A stretch of 64,000 nt of DNA from an uncultured Gemmatimonas sp. (GCA_964636415.1 CAZWSJ010000008.1:7548-71547); one strand, 5' to 3'; numbered from the stretch's first letter, positions 36,646 through 50,718 are shown. The notes: generated from the letters alone by a model not told the origin. Made by a program: numbers and translations.

Positions 36646-38993
36646 GCGAAACGCGCACTCCTGAGCCTGAGCGAATTGGTCACCACGCTTACTGAACTGA
36701 AGGCCATTGCGGCGCTGGCAAGAATGGGGCTCAAGAGCAGCCCGAACGACGGATACAGGATGCCAGCCGCCACGGGTATGGTGATGACGTTGTAGAAGAA
36801 CGCCCAGAAAAGATTCTGCTTCATCGTGCGCATTGTGCGACGTGACAGCGCTATGGCTCTCACCACTCCCTGCAGATCACCGCGCATGAGCACAACGTCG
36901 CCGGCTTCCATGGCTATCTCGGTACCACTGCCTATGGCCATGCCAACGTCGGCCTGAGCCAACGCGGGGGCGTCGTTGACACCATCGCCAACCATTGCCA
37001 CCACGCGACCCTGCTCCTGCAGGCGACGCACTTCGTTCACCTTGCCCTCGGGCAACACACCAGCCACCACTCTGTCCACGCCTGCAGCGCGGGCAATGGC
37101 CGCAGCGGTGCGCTCGTTGTCTCCCGTGAGCATTACCACCTGAAGACCCATGTCGTGGAGCTGAGCGATGGCTGAGGCGGATGTATCGCGTACGGGATCG
37201 GCCACTGCAATGAGACCGGCCAGCGCACCGTCCATGGCAAGATACATGGGTGTTCTGCCCTCCTGAGCCAGGCGCGCAGCGTGTTCATCCAGGCTGCTGG
37301 TATCAATGCCCCAGTCGTGCATGAAAGCGGCATTGCCAACTGCCACTGCGGCTCCGTCAACCACGCCCTGAACACCGCGGCCCGTAACCGACTGGAAGTT
37401 TTCGGGCTCAATCAGCTCCAGCGACCGGCCACGCACGTAGCTCACGATTGCTTCAGCCAGCGGGTGTTCACTGGCGTGCTCAATCGAGGCCACGCGCCTG
37501 AGCAGAGTGTCTTCGCCAACTGCAAGCCCGGGCGCTGTGACGAAATCGGTGACTGCCGGTGTGCCGCGCGTAATCGTGCCCGTCTTGTCGAGCACCACTG
37601 TTGACACATCACCCGCGCGCTGCAGCGCTTCACCGCCTTTTATGAGAACGCCCAGTTGTGCGCCCTTGCCGCTGGCCACCATCACTGCCGTTGGCACGGC
37701 GAGCCCCATGGCACAGGGGCAGGCAATGATGAGCACTGCCACCGCCGCTGCAAAGCCACGCACCAGCGGTGCCTGTTCAACGCTCAGATACCAAACGCTG
37801 AAGGTGATGAGAGCAAGCAGCATTACAACCGGCACAAACACCGCACTGATACGGTCTGCCAGGTGCTGTATGGGCGCACGGGCACCCTGCGCATCGCGCA
37901 TGAGCTTCACTATCTGTGCAAGGACAGAGTCAGCACCCAGAGCGGTGGCAGTGTAGCGGAAAGCGCCGGTGCGGTTGATGGTTCCGCCTATTACGCGGTC
38001 GCCGACATGCTTGGCCACGGGCAGAGACTCACCGGTGAGCATGCTTTCGTCCACGGCGCTTTCGCCCTGCACAATGCTGCCGTCAACCGGGATGCGTTCA
38101 CCTGGCCTTACTATGACAACCTCGCCCACTTCCAGGCTGTCCACCGGCGCCTCCACTTCCTCACCGAAGCGCAGTACGCGCGCCGTGGGCGGCTGCAGGT
38201 CGGCGAGCGCCCTGAGTGCCAGCGAAGTACGCTGTTTGGCGCGCGCCTCAAAGGTGTTACCAGTGAGTATGAAGGCGATGATCATGACCACCGCTTCGTA
38301 ATACACGTCTGGCGATACACCTCGACTGGTGAAGAAGCCGGGAAAGAAAGTGGCAAGCAACGAATACAGAAAAGCCGCTGATGTACCAACTGCAACCAGA
38401 GTATTCATGTCTGCGCCGCCATGCTTTGCGGCGGCCCAGGCTCTGGTGTAGAAGTGACGACCCGCCCACACCATGACCAGCAGAGTTGCTGCAAGCAGAC
38501 TCAGCGTAAGCAGCGATGCGGGTATGTCGTACACCCAGGGAAGAACGCGCCGCATTGGCGGATCGAGCACTTCCATGCTCCAGCGCATGAAAGGATCCAT
38601 TGCCACGGTGCCAGTATGATCACCGCCGTGTGCACCAAGCATGGACATGAGCGGCATGCTCACGATCATGGCAAACACGGCAATAATTCCGGCCGTGATG
38701 GCCTTGCGCCGCAGTTCGAAGTATTCCGCTTCCTGGGCCCTGTCGCGTGCCTCCTGCTCCTCAAAGGCCGTTTGATCAGGGTTGGCCAGCGACGCTCCGT
38801 ACCCGGTGTCTTCAATGGTGGCTATGAGAGACTCAGGACTGACTGCAGCCGGGTCGAAGGTGATGGTGGCGCTCTTCATCATCAGGTTGACGTTGGCTTC
38901 CTCAACGCCGGCCTGCTTCTCGAGTGCGCGCTGCACACGCGCCGAACAGGCGGCGCATGTCATTCCCGTTACCGGAATACGGAGCGTTTCCAT
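36642..38993 (-). CDS. copA: Cu(I)-translocating P1B-1 ATPase
   Basis: GMTCAAC, TGES, CPC, DKTGT, HP, GDGVND, YN and MAFSS; ATG 38993. Confidence 0.95.
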   Translation of the reverse strand: METLRIPVTGMTCAACSARVQRALEKQAGVEEANVNLMMKSATITFDPAAVSPESLIATIEDTGYGASLANPDQTAFEEQEARDRAQEAEYFELRRKAITAGIIAVFAMIVSMPLMSMLGAHGGDHTGTVAMDPFMRWSMEVLDPPMRRVLPWVYDIPASLLTLSLLAATLLVMVWAGRHFYTRAWAAAKHGGADMNTLVAVGTSAAFLYSLLATFFPGFFTSRGVSPDVYYEAVVMIIAFILTGNTFEARAKQRTSLALRALADLQPPTARVLRFGEEVEAPVDSLEVGEVVIVRPGERIPVDGSIVQGESAVDESMLTGESLPVAKHVGDRVIGGTINRTGAFRYTATALGADSVLAQIVKLMRDAQGARAPIQHLADRISAVFVPVVMLLALITFSVWYLSVEQAPLVRGFAAAVAVLIIACPCAMGLAVPTAVMVASGKGAQLGVLIKGGEALQRAGDVSTVVLDKTGTITRGTPAVTDFVTAPGLAVGEDTLLRRVASIEHASEHPLAEAIVSYVRGRSLELIEPENFQSVTGRGVQGVVDGAAVAVGNAAFMHDWGIDTSSLDEHAARLAQEGRTPMYLAMDGALAGLIAVADPVRDTSASAIAQLHDMGLQVVMLTGDNERTAAAIARAAGVDRVVAGVLPEGKVNEVRRLQEQGRVVAMVGDGVNDAPALAQADVGMAIGSGTEIAMEAGDVVLMRGDLQGVVRAIALSRRTMRTMKQNLFWAFFYNVITIPVAAGILYPSFGLLLSPILASAAMAFSSVSVVTNSLRLRSARFA

Positions 38994-39039
38994 GTGTGGT
39001 ATTTGCCTCTGCCGGAACGCCGGCCCTCGTAACTCGTGT

Positions 39040-39249
39040 TCAGTGAGTGGCGGTGACCTTGTAGCCCGCGTCTTCAATGACCGCAGTAATACGGTCTGCG
39101 TTCAGCTTTGCCGGATCTATCGTGACCGTAGCCGTGCCAATTGCCACGGAATCAGTCTTGACGCCATCCAGCTTGGCCAGAGCCTTTTCCACCGCCTTGA
39201 CGCAGTGCCCGCATGACATGCCGGTAATATCGAACTTGATGGTCTGCAT
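39040..39249 (-). CDS. copZ: Copper chaperone CopZ (HMA domain)
   Basis: GMSCGHC and AGY; GGAG SD. Confidence 0.93.
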   Translation of the reverse strand: MQTIKFDITGMSCGHCVKAVEKALAKLDGVKTDSVAIGTATVTIDPAKLNADRITAVIEDAGYKVTATH

Positions 39250-39272
39250 GAGAAAATCTCCGAGTTAGATAA

Positions 39273-39331
39273 ATACCCCGGGTGGGTATCTGTTAATGGT
39301 TGATTTTAATATACCCCGGCCCCGTATGCAA
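39273..39331 (-). promoter_or_regulatory. cop promoter TTGCAT-N17-TAAAAT with two CsoR-type operators
   Basis: ATACCCCGGGTGGGTAT (39273-39289) and ATACCCCGGCCCCGTAT (39311-39327) fit the C/G-tract TAC..GTA CsoR operator pattern. Confidence 0.8.
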
Positions 39332-39428
39332 TGACCTTCCACCACAAAGTTTTTGGATGGTGCAGGTGTTTTATATTGCCACTGAACACTTTGGGCCAGT
39401 TTCTCCTTCCTTTCAGCCCCGCCAGACA

Positions 39429-41081
39429 ATGGCTCCCTTCCCATCAGCCATGCCCAGCTTCATTTTCGGCAATTCTGAATGCCGAGCTCATCACTCAGGC
39501 TCTGCTGCCCACCCGAAGGCCAACAAGTACGGCTCGCACGGGCGTCGGCCGCTAAGACAGATACTCACGGCAGCCTTTGCCATGGCCGCACTGGTCGTGA
39601 CTGTGCCGGCCGAGGCTCAAACTCCACCCACCGGAGGAGGAGGAGGCGGCGGCGGCGCGGGAGGGGGAAGAGGTGGCGGAGGCGGTGCCTTTGGCGGAGG
39701 CCAGCAATACAGTCAGCGTGACACCACCCCGCCGCGGGACCTTGGAACAAAGTCCACCCTGCCCACTGGTAGAGTCACCTACCGCACGCTCATAGAAACC
39801 AACCTTGAGATTGAGCGGATTGCGGCCACATACCCGGATCTGGTGCGCCGCTTCGCGCTGCCTCACAAGAGTCTGCTGGGCCAGACTGTCTGGGCATTGG
39901 AGATTTCCCGCGACGTGAACAACAGCGCCTGGAAGCCCGCGTTTCTCATGACCGGTCTCCAGCATTCACGCGAATGGCCCACCGTTGAGCTCACCATGGA
40001 GTTCGTGAACGACATTCTGATGAACAGCAAGAGCGACCTTGAGATAGGCAGATTGCTGGACAGAATGCGGCTTCTGGTGGTGCCGGTGGTGAGTCCGGAT
40101 GGCTATGAGATGTCGCGCAGCCTGCTCGTTGAGCAGAAGCGCCGCAACTGTCGTGTCGAGGACGGCAAGATCCCCACCTTTGAACAGTGCGCCAACCCGG
40201 CCAACCGCATGGCGGGCGTTGATCTCAACCGTAACTACGCGGCTTTCTGGGGTGGCAGTGGAGCGAGCGTGAGCCCAAGGGGCGACAGCTATCGTGGGGC
40301 CGCGCCCTTCTCCGAACCGGAAGTCAGAAACATCCGTGACTTAATGGCAACCAACCAGATAGTGGTGGCCCTCAGTAACCATACACCGGATGCGCGGGTG
40401 CTTCGGGCGCCCAGTGCGGTTGAGGAACCTGTGCCGGCAGACGTGGTTCCCTACGACTCACTCGCTCAGGCTCTGGGTCGTGATCTCAACTGGCCTGCAG
40501 GCCCATGGCCCCAAGTCTACTACACCGCCAGCGGCACTATGGAAGAGTTCGGCTATTACAGTGCCGGTACCTTCGGTTTCACCTTTGAAAACACGCCAGG
40601 TGGACGCGGCTTCCATCCAGCGTATTCATTCGTTGTGGACCAGTACACAGGCACGGGCGCATACCCAGGCTCAAATGCACGAAACGCCTTCCTGCGTCTC
40701 ATGGCAGCCACCGCCGAGCCGGCGTTGCACTCGGTGTTGAAGATCGACGCGCCCTCAGGAGCCACGCTTACGCTTTCCAAGCGCTTTGATCTCGAAAGCT
40801 CGCCGATTCTCAAGAGCGACAACCGCGCAGACAGTCTTTCGCGCGATCCCGCATTCAAGATTCCCTCGTCGATTACCACCACAGTCACCGTTCCTTCAGG
40901 TGCAAGCCAGGTTACCTGGCACGTGAATCCGTCGCTGCGCCCGAGCCAGCACGCCCAGGAATTCCTTGACGAATCATGGACGCTGAGCTGCTCATACGCT
41001 GGCCGGACCGAAAGCACTCAGGTAAAAATTGCTCGTGGTCAGACTGCCAATGTGGACATGAAGCGCTGCGGCGCGAAGTAG
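39429..41081 (+). CDS. Secreted M14-family zinc carboxypeptidase
   Basis: HSRE, DLNRN, PFSEPE and NHT; signal-like segment ending AEA, then a Gly-rich stretch. Start uncertain. Confidence 0.85.
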   Translation: MAPFPSAMPSFIFGNSECRAHHSGSAAHPKANKYGSHGRRPLRQILTAAFAMAALVVTVPAEAQTPPTGGGGGGGGAGGGRGGGGGAFGGGQQYSQRDTTPPRDLGTKSTLPTGRVTYRTLIETNLEIERIAATYPDLVRRFALPHKSLLGQTVWALEISRDVNNSAWKPAFLMTGLQHSREWPTVELTMEFVNDILMNSKSDLEIGRLLDRMRLLVVPVVSPDGYEMSRSLLVEQKRRNCRVEDGKIPTFEQCANPANRMAGVDLNRNYAAFWGGSGASVSPRGDSYRGAAPFSEPEVRNIRDLMATNQIVVALSNHTPDARVLRAPSAVEEPVPADVVPYDSLAQALGRDLNWPAGPWPQVYYTASGTMEEFGYYSAGTFGFTFENTPGGRGFHPAYSFVVDQYTGTGAYPGSNARNAFLRLMAATAEPALHSVLKIDAPSGATLTLSKRFDLESSPILKSDNRADSLSRDPAFKIPSSITTTVTVPSGASQVTWHVNPSLRPSQHAQEFLDESWTLSCSYAGRTESTQVKIARGQTANVDMKRCGAK

Positions 41082-41126
41082 TGCCGTGAAGCAGTCAGTG
41101 CCGGGTGGTGTGTTGCAAGCAGCGAC

Positions 41127-42173
41127 TCAGCTTTCCTTGCTGCCGCCACCCAGCGCTTTCCTCACCGCAGGGGCCACGCGCGTCCCGAAAAGTTCTATGC
41201 TGTGCATGATGTCGGCGTGCTTCATGGGCCCAACGCTGAACTGGATCATCATGCGGTCATGATGGAAAAGCTCATGCTCCATGAGAATCTTTTCGATGAC
41301 TTCATCGGGTGAGCCCAGCAGAAGCGCACCGCGCGGCGCACGTTCGAAATCGAACTGCTGACGAGTCGGCATGGGCCAGCCGCGCTCACGACCTATCCGA
41401 CCCATTGTGGCGATGTAAGGTGGAAACGCAAGTTCCACGGCAGCCTCTGTGCTGTCTGCCAGAAACCCATGGGAACTGATGGCGAGCCTGAGCTTTGAAG
41501 GATCATGGCCCACCTGTGCCCAGGTCTCACGGTAAAGATCGGCGAAAGGCACAAAACGCTCGGGCATCCCGCCTATGATGGCAATTGCCATGGGCAGGCC
41601 CAGGGTCGCCGCACGCACCACCGACTGGGGAGTGCCACCAACTGCTATCCACACAGGAAGCGGGTCCTGCAACGGGCGTGGATAGACGCCGCGGTCATCA
41701 ATGGGAGCTCGGTAATGGCCGCTCCAGGTGACGCGCTCCGAGCCGCGAATTTTCAGCAACAGTTCAAGCTTTTCGGCGAACAAACCGTTGTAGTCGGCCA
41801 GATCCTGTCCAAACAAGGGGAAAGACTCAATAAAACTGCCTCTTCCCGCCATGATCTCTGCCCGACCGTTCGAAATGAGGTCCACGGTGGAGAAATTCTG
41901 GAACACTCTGACCGGGTCATCCGAACTCAATACGCTCACCGCACTGGTCAGACGGATATGCTCCGTGCGCGACGCAGCGGCCGCAAGCACTATGGCCGGA
42001 GACGATACGATGTAGTCGGTTCGGTGATGTTCACCAACTCCAAACACATCGAGTCCCACCTGGTCGGCAAGCACGATCTCATCAACCAGGTCCCGCATGC
42101 GCTGACCAACAGCCACACTGTCACCGCTCAGCCGCGGGTCCAGCTCTCCAAAGGTGAATACACCAAGTTCCAT
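41127..42173 (-). CDS. LLM-class flavin-dependent oxidoreductase
   Basis: [20 protein letters not shown] and GRGSFIESF. Confidence 0.92.
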   Translation of the reverse strand: MELGVFTFGELDPRLSGDSVAVGQRMRDLVDEIVLADQVGLDVFGVGEHHRTDYIVSSPAIVLAAAASRTEHIRLTSAVSVLSSDDPVRVFQNFSTVDLISNGRAEIMAGRGSFIESFPLFGQDLADYNGLFAEKLELLLKIRGSERVTWSGHYRAPIDDRGVYPRPLQDPLPVWIAVGGTPQSVVRAATLGLPMAIAIIGGMPERFVPFADLYRETWAQVGHDPSKLRLAISSHGFLADSTEAAVELAFPPYIATMGRIGRERGWPMPTRQQFDFERAPRGALLLGSPDEVIEKILMEHELFHHDRMMIQFSVGPMKHADIMHSIELFGTRVAPAVRKALGGGSKES

Positions 42174-42276
42174 GTCAGGCGGTAGTTATGGATGTTGTAA
42201 ATGAAGTGTGCCCCATACACATGTACGATGTAGCAAGCGGTATCCGAACAACAGTCTCAGGAGCTAGTTTTCGGTG

Positions 42277-45179
<2,903 letters not shown>

Positions 45180-45237
45180 CACCGACACGTATTAGTAGCC
45201 ACTGTCACATCCAAACAATCTCACAAGCGCAGCTGTC

Positions 45238-45699
45238 ATGGAATTTCACATCATTCCCGCTTCAGGACGAGCAATGATCTTCTTCGCAGCACTCGGCCTG
45301 CTTACCTTCGCTCTCTTCCTCAGTATTGCGTACATGGGCTTTTCCAGCATGGGAAGCAGATTCGTGATCAGCGACAGCGCGCTCCGGATCAGCAACACAT
45401 TCTATGGCAGGTCCATACCGCTATCTTCGATCAACACAGATGGCGTCGCCATTGTAAACATGAAAGGCGACCGCGCCTACAAGCCCACTTTGCGCACGAA
45501 CGGAATCGGCATGCCGGGCTATGCGGCCGGCTGGTTCAGGTTGCGCGAGAAGGGCAAGGCACTGTTGTTCGTGACAGACAGGGAGAATGTCGTTTATCTG
45601 CCCACATCCGAGGGTTATTCGGTCCTCCTCAGCGTAGACAGACCTCGTGAGTTCATGGAAGCACTGCGCAGCGCCGCAAGCCGCCAGTCGAGGAGCTGA
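45238..45699 (+). CDS. Bacterial PH-domain membrane protein
   Basis: N-terminal TM helix; RTNGIGMPGYAAGWF. Confidence 0.8.
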   Translation: MEFHIIPASGRAMIFFAALGLLTFALFLSIAYMGFSSMGSRFVISDSALRISNTFYGRSIPLSSINTDGVAIVNMKGDRAYKPTLRTNGIGMPGYAAGWFRLREKGKALLFVTDRENVVYLPTSEGYSVLLSVDRPREFMEALRSAASRQSRS

Positions 45700-45747
45700 G
45701 GCACAGGGGAGCCAATTGCAAAGTTAAGCAGACGGAAGAAGCGAACA

Positions 45748-46281
45748 GTGAAGCAATCAACGAAACAGATCAAGACCAGATTGTCCGGATGCGTGTTACG
45801 ACCATGGGCAAATGACGATATCGCGTCACTGGTTTTTCACGGCAACAATCGCAAGGTGTGGCGTAACCTCACGGACAGTTTTCCTCATCCCTACACAGCG
45901 GAGGATGCCGAACAGTGGATCACATTGGCCGGCAATCCCTGTGCGGGAATACATCTCGCCATTGATGTGAACGGCCAGGCTGTGGGTTCCATAGGCATAG
46001 TGAGGCGTGAGGGCATAGGTCGCTACACAGGCCAGCTTGGTTACTGGCTTGGCGAAGCCCATTGGGCGCAAGGCCTGGCCACCGCCGCGGTTCGTGCTCT
46101 AAGTGATCGCGTGCTTGAGCGCGGCCGGTTCCGGCGACTTGAAGCCACCGTGCTGGCATGGAATCCGGCTTCAATGCGGGTGCTGGAGAAGTCAGCTTTC
46201 ATTCGAGAGGCAGTATTGCGTGAGCGATTTTACAAGGATGGAGAATTTGTTGACTGCATGATCTACGGGCGGGTGAACTGA
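45748..46281 (+). CDS. GNAT N-acetyltransferase (RimJ/RimL-like)
   Basis: PHPYT, GYWLG..W.QG and NPASMRVLEK. Confidence 0.9.
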   Translation: MKQSTKQIKTRLSGCVLRPWANDDIASLVFHGNNRKVWRNLTDSFPHPYTAEDAEQWITLAGNPCAGIHLAIDVNGQAVGSIGIVRREGIGRYTGQLGYWLGEAHWAQGLATAAVRALSDRVLERGRFRRLEATVLAWNPASMRVLEKSAFIREAVLRERFYKDGEFVDCMIYGRVN

Positions 46282-46318
46282 TTTGCAGAGCCAGACAAAC
46301 ACCTTGGGTTTGAATCGC

Positions 46319-47167
46319 ATGCGCTACGCATTGATCCCGCTCCGTGGCCTGGGTCAGATCCTGTTTCAGGCAAACTCTTTTTCCGGCACACTGGTATTTG
46401 CCGGCCTCGCTGCACACTCACTCAGTGTGGCCATATCTGCCTTGCTGGGCAGTGTAATGGGCACAGCCATGGCTATGTTGCGAGGTTTCCCGAAGGCCCG
46501 GATCAACAATGGCTGGTATGGCTTCAATGCTGCTCTCGTAGCAATTGCGGTTGCACAGTTTCTGCCCCACACATGGACCAGCCTCCTGCTGGCTCTCGTG
46601 GCGGTGCCATTGAGCGCTATCGCTGCGCATCACATGCTGCGAACACCACTTAACCCCTACACCTTCCCCTTCGTTGCAATTACCTGGTTGTTGTTCGCAG
46701 TGAGTCCAAGAGGTCCGGCGGTGCCCGGCAGTTTCAATGAAACGCTGCCGGCGCTGGTTCAAGCTGCGGCAAACGGTTTCGGTCAGGTGGTTTTTCAGTC
46801 GGGGATATGGAGTGGTGTGCTGATATTTGCCGCGGTGCTTGTCAATTCACCAAGGCAGGCCCTTCTGGCGATTGCAACCTCAGTGTTGAGCGCAGGCACA
46901 GCAATGCTATTTGGACTGCCGCCCGGTTTCATAACGGCCGGTCTCTTTGGCTATAACGCAGTGCTTGCAGTCATAGCGGTGGCATTGATAACGCCGAGTG
47001 TCGCAGCGGCGTTGTTTGCTGCGTTGCTGAGTGTCGCTATCACGCAATTAATGCTTCTCGCGGAGCTGCCGGCACTGACCTTTCCATTCATACTCGCAAC
47101 CTGGATCACTGCTGCTGCAATCAACCGAATGCAAGTCGGTTTCACAGTTGCTGCCGGGGAAAACTGA
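46319..47167 (+). CDS. Urea transporter (UT family)
   Basis: GLGQILFQ/GFGQVVFQ, GWYGFN/GLFGYN and TFPF repeats. Confidence 0.9.
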   Translation: MRYALIPLRGLGQILFQANSFSGTLVFAGLAAHSLSVAISALLGSVMGTAMAMLRGFPKARINNGWYGFNAALVAIAVAQFLPHTWTSLLLALVAVPLSAIAAHHMLRTPLNPYTFPFVAITWLLFAVSPRGPAVPGSFNETLPALVQAAANGFGQVVFQSGIWSGVLIFAAVLVNSPRQALLAIATSVLSAGTAMLFGLPPGFITAGLFGYNAVLAVIAVALITPSVAAALFAALLSVAITQLMLLAELPALTFPFILATWITAAAINRMQVGFTVAAGEN

Positions 47168-47180
47168 AGGGATGGAGAGC

Positions 47181-48632
47181 TTAAGGATGTGAAAGCTCAG
47201 ACGTCTGGTGCGCGTCAGCCACTCCAGCTTCTTTTTCCCGGTACTGGCGTCCGAGCCACACGGCCAGTACCAGCCAACCGGCGGAAAGCGGCACCATGGA
47301 AAATGCCAGACCTGAGAGCCCCAGGCCAAAGAAGGCCATGCCCGTGTACGACCACGCGCCCACCTGATCGCCCAGGCGATATACAAAAGTGTCGCTGAAG
47401 TTCTTGGCCTTGTACTTGTCTGTACGCGGCAGCACGGTGAACAGAGCCTCACGTGCGGGTCGCTGAATGGCGTAGTTACCGGCGCGTCGTATCACCTGAA
47501 ATGCAATGAGCACAGCCAGCGTGGGAGCCACCCCCATTATGCCGAAGCCAATGAGTGTAACCACCGGCAAGAATGCCAGCGCCGCGCCCACCCCAAGCCA
47601 TTTCATGAAGCGACCGCTCACAAAGAGCTGCACCAGAACGGTAAGCGCGTTCACGGCAATATCCATTGCACCAAAAACCTGAGTTCGCGCAGCCCTGTCG
47701 TCACCAAAGACGCGCGTGACTATGTCCACCTGCTGGAAATACAGGAAGGTGCTCGAAATAGTATAGAACAGAATCAGTGATGCCACACTCAAGAGATATG
47801 GCGAGGCAAGTATGTGTTTGATGCCATCGAAGACCCCACCTCCGATTACAGACTCGGAGCTGGAACCCGATGTTGCAGGCGCAACAGGCGTCACCGCAGC
47901 AGATGTGGTGCCAGGTGCGGTAGTAGACGCGGTGGCAGGCGCGGTAGCAGCAACAACCGCAGCGGACGCATGATGCGATACTCCATCCGCGCTGTCTGCA
48001 GCCCAGAGCGCCGCCTCCTTTTTGTCGAGCACATGCGAGGCCTGTACCGCACACTCCAATATCAGTGCCGACACCAGCATGAGGTTTACCGGCCCCAACA
48101 CTCCAACAAGACCGGTGGTTATGCTCGCACCAAACATCGCCCCAACCGTACCGCCCACTGCAACCACCGCAAAGAGACGCTTTGCTTGACCCGGCCTGAA
48201 CACGTCGGTGAGCAAGGACCAGAACACCGAAACGACAAACAGGTTGAAAACACTGGTCCAGATGAAGAATACCCGTCCAACCCAGACCGCCGCCGATGCA
48301 TCCACCGACCGGAAAGCCAGATAGAACAGAACCAGATTCAACATGAAGAAGCGGTATGTCCAACTTATGAACTGACGCCGCTTGAGCCGTGACACCAACG
48401 CCGTATAGAACGGGTGGATGAGCAGCATTCCCAGCATCGTGCCCGTAAAGAGCCACGCCAGGTTCTCCACTCCGCTTTGTGCGCCCATGTCATCGCGAAT
48501 CGGGCGAATGACGTAATAGGCACAGAGTACCATGAAGTAGTACGTTGCGGCCCATGCAAGCACACCACCTTCGCCCGGCTGCGCGCCCACACTGGCGCGC
48601 AGCCGGTTCATGATGCCCGTTTCCGATGTCAT
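47181..48632 (-). CDS. NTT/TLC (ATP:ADP antiporter-like) MFS transporter
   Basis: YYVIRPIRD, VFNLFVVSVFWS and RPAREALFT...KYKAKNFSDTFVYRLGD. Confidence 0.8.
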   Translation of the reverse strand: MTSETGIMNRLRASVGAQPGEGGVLAWAATYYFMVLCAYYVIRPIRDDMGAQSGVENLAWLFTGTMLGMLLIHPFYTALVSRLKRRQFISWTYRFFMLNLVLFYLAFRSVDASAAVWVGRVFFIWTSVFNLFVVSVFWSLLTDVFRPGQAKRLFAVVAVGGTVGAMFGASITTGLVGVLGPVNLMLVSALILECAVQASHVLDKKEAALWAADSADGVSHHASAAVVAATAPATASTTAPGTTSAAVTPVAPATSGSSSESVIGGGVFDGIKHILASPYLLSVASLILFYTISSTFLYFQQVDIVTRVFGDDRAARTQVFGAMDIAVNALTVLVQLFVSGRFMKWLGVGAALAFLPVVTLIGFGIMGVAPTLAVLIAFQVIRRAGNYAIQRPAREALFTVLPRTDKYKAKNFSDTFVYRLGDQVGAWSYTGMAFFGLGLSGLAFSMVPLSAGWLVLAVWLGRQYREKEAGVADAHQTSELSHP

Positions 48633-48674
48633 TGATGTCTGCTCAGCAGATCGGTTGGAATGTCATTGACTGAC

Positions 48675-49631
48675 TCAACGCGTGGCGGCCGGCAGGGCAT
48701 CAACAAACTTGATTATCTCTTCACGCTGCCGGGCATCGGGAACACGCCCTATACCACCGCCGATGTTGTCAATCATGTTTTTGGCCTGACTCGTGGCGGG
48801 TGTTACCGCCGTGATGGCCGGGTGGGAAATTACAAACTTGAGGAAGAGCTGCGCATATGTGGTCGCATCAATGTCCTTTGCGAACTCCGGCAGTGGGGTG
48901 TTGGCTGCGCGGCGGAAAAGACTGGTGCGCCCGAACGGCGCGTATGCCAGCACACCTATTTTGCGTTCTATCGCGAGCGGAAGAATGCGCTCCTCCACGC
49001 CACGATTGTCGGCCGCGTAGTCGATGCCAATGAAGTCCAAAGGCTCGTTCCGCATCACTTCTTCCAGCAGACCATACTGCCTGTCGTCGGTGGTGGTGAT
49101 GCCAACATAGCGCACCTTGCCGGCCTTCTTGTACTCACGCACAACTGCGAGCTGGGTTGGAGGGTCACCCATGTTGTGCACCTGTATGAGGTCTATCGCA
49201 GGGCGCCTGAGGCGCTCCAGCGAACGTTCGATCTGGGCACGGGCTGCAGCCGGATCGGCCGGCGTGCCGCCACGGCCGGCAACGTTGACCTTGGTGGCCC
49301 AGAAAAACCTGTCAGCAATCCCCAACTCGTTCACAAGACGAGCCGCAACCTCTTCTGATGCACCATATGACGGTGCAGTATCAAAGACACGTGCACCACG
49401 TTCAGACATGGTCTGAAGAACTGAGCGCAGCGCCTCCACATCCTCGCTGCGCGCCACCGTGGCAAAAGTTGCAGAACTGCCAAGGCCTATAACCGGTATC
49501 TTTTCTCCGGTGGACGGAATGGCATGTTCTATGAGTTGTCCCTGGACCATGGCTTCGAGCAACCGCGGTGTCAGGCTGAGAGTAGCGCCGGCACCGGCGG
49601 CAGTCAGGAGGAATTCGCGGCGGTTCACCAT
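48675..49631 (-). CDS. Aldo/keto reductase with twin-arginine signal peptide
   Basis: NRREFL Tat motif; catalytic tetrad in DTAPSY (D,Y), ATK and QVHN. Confidence 0.9.
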   Translation of the reverse strand: MVNRREFLLTAAGAGATLSLTPRLLEAMVQGQLIEHAIPSTGEKIPVIGLGSSATFATVARSEDVEALRSVLQTMSERGARVFDTAPSYGASEEVAARLVNELGIADRFFWATKVNVAGRGGTPADPAAARAQIERSLERLRRPAIDLIQVHNMGDPPTQLAVVREYKKAGKVRYVGITTTDDRQYGLLEEVMRNEPLDFIGIDYAADNRGVEERILPLAIERKIGVLAYAPFGRTSLFRRAANTPLPEFAKDIDATTYAQLFLKFVISHPAITAVTPATSQAKNMIDNIGGGIGRVPDARQREEIIKFVDALPAATR

Positions 49632-49749
49632 GTTTTCACCGATTCAGATGGTGCCTTTCAAGGCAGCTTGATGATGGGAAGTCGGACGTTCCCGACCTTG
49701 AGACCGTAATATGCTCTGACGCAGTCCATGGCGTTACGTTAAGCCTGCA

Positions 49750-50700
49750 ATGTCTCAACAATCCTCGCCCGCACTCGACCGGTACCTCGCTTTCAGACGC
49801 TCGCTGCCACCACGTCCACGCCTGGAACACACAAGCGTGCGCGCACGCGGCATCGACTTCGCGGTGTACCATACACCACCCGTTAACAACGCCCTGCCCC
49901 TTCTTTGCATCAATGGCGGGCTGTTGTTCGATCACAAGCTGCTCTGGCCTGCGCTGGCACCGCTGGCAGACAAGCGACAACTCATTTTCTACGACCAGCG
50001 CGGGCGCGGCGCGAGCAGCATACCACCCGGACTGCTCGCCTCGCGCATTGCGTTTGATGCCGCTGACGTACCGGCCCTGCGCAGCGCACTCGGCATCAAG
50101 CAGTGGGACGTACTGGGCCACTCTTGGGGCGGTGGAATTGCCATGCTGGCCACCGCACTGGAAGAACAGCAGGCAAGGGGAGCTGAAACTCCTGCCGTGC
50201 ATCGACTGGTACTCGTTGATGCAGTGGGGGTTGAAAGCACCTGGCTCAATGGCCTGCACGAGGCTGGCCTGGCACGCCTCACGGGCCCGGCACATGACAA
50301 ACTGGCCAGCATGGACCCAAAGCAGCTCGTTAACCCTGACATTGATTACCACGCCCGTTATGCACAGGCCTACTTCCCGGCCTGGTTCGCGGATCCGGTG
50401 TTTGCTGGCAATGTTTCGCCGCCGCTCGGGAAAAGCGCCACCGGCGCCGCAGTCGCCGCACGGTTGAGACGCGAGGGCTACGACTGGCGCGAAATGCTCA
50501 GTGACCTGCGTACCCGAACACTCGTCCTGCACGGTGCGGCAGATGTACTGCCGTTCGCCGAGGCTGAACGCAGTACCGCTCTCTTCAGGGATGCCCGACT
50601 TGTGCCCATCCCAGAGGCCGGTCACAACCCGTTCTGGGAGGCTCCTGAGGCTTTCTTCAGCGCAGTGCGCGCCTTCCTCGACGACGACTCGCCTCCCTGA
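49750..50700 (+). CDS. Alpha/beta hydrolase (proline iminopeptidase-like)
   Basis: NGG, YDQRGRG, GHSWGG, G..D and AGH. Confidence 0.9.
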   Translation: MSQQSSPALDRYLAFRRSLPPRPRLEHTSVRARGIDFAVYHTPPVNNALPLLCINGGLLFDHKLLWPALAPLADKRQLIFYDQRGRGASSIPPGLLASRIAFDAADVPALRSALGIKQWDVLGHSWGGGIAMLATALEEQQARGAETPAVHRLVLVDAVGVESTWLNGLHEAGLARLTGPAHDKLASMDPKQLVNPDIDYHARYAQAYFPAWFADPVFAGNVSPPLGKSATGAAVAARLRREGYDWREMLSDLRTRTLVLHGAADVLPFAEAERSTALFRDARLVPIPEAGHNPFWEAPEAFFSAVRAFLDDDSPP

Positions 50701-50718
50701 CCCCAGTGGATCGCCCGG

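Noticed and set aside
39300-39428. Track N-terminal extension of the M14 peptidase
   Set aside because: It overlaps the cop promoter and CsoR operator, begins at a TTG and has no SD.
49636-50625. Long antisense ORFs (e.g. 49636-50625, 2000-2653, 24178-24936, 48660-49358, 55413-56207)
   Set aside because: Shadows of well-supported genes on the opposite strand, typical of GC-rich DNA, with no recognisable motifs.
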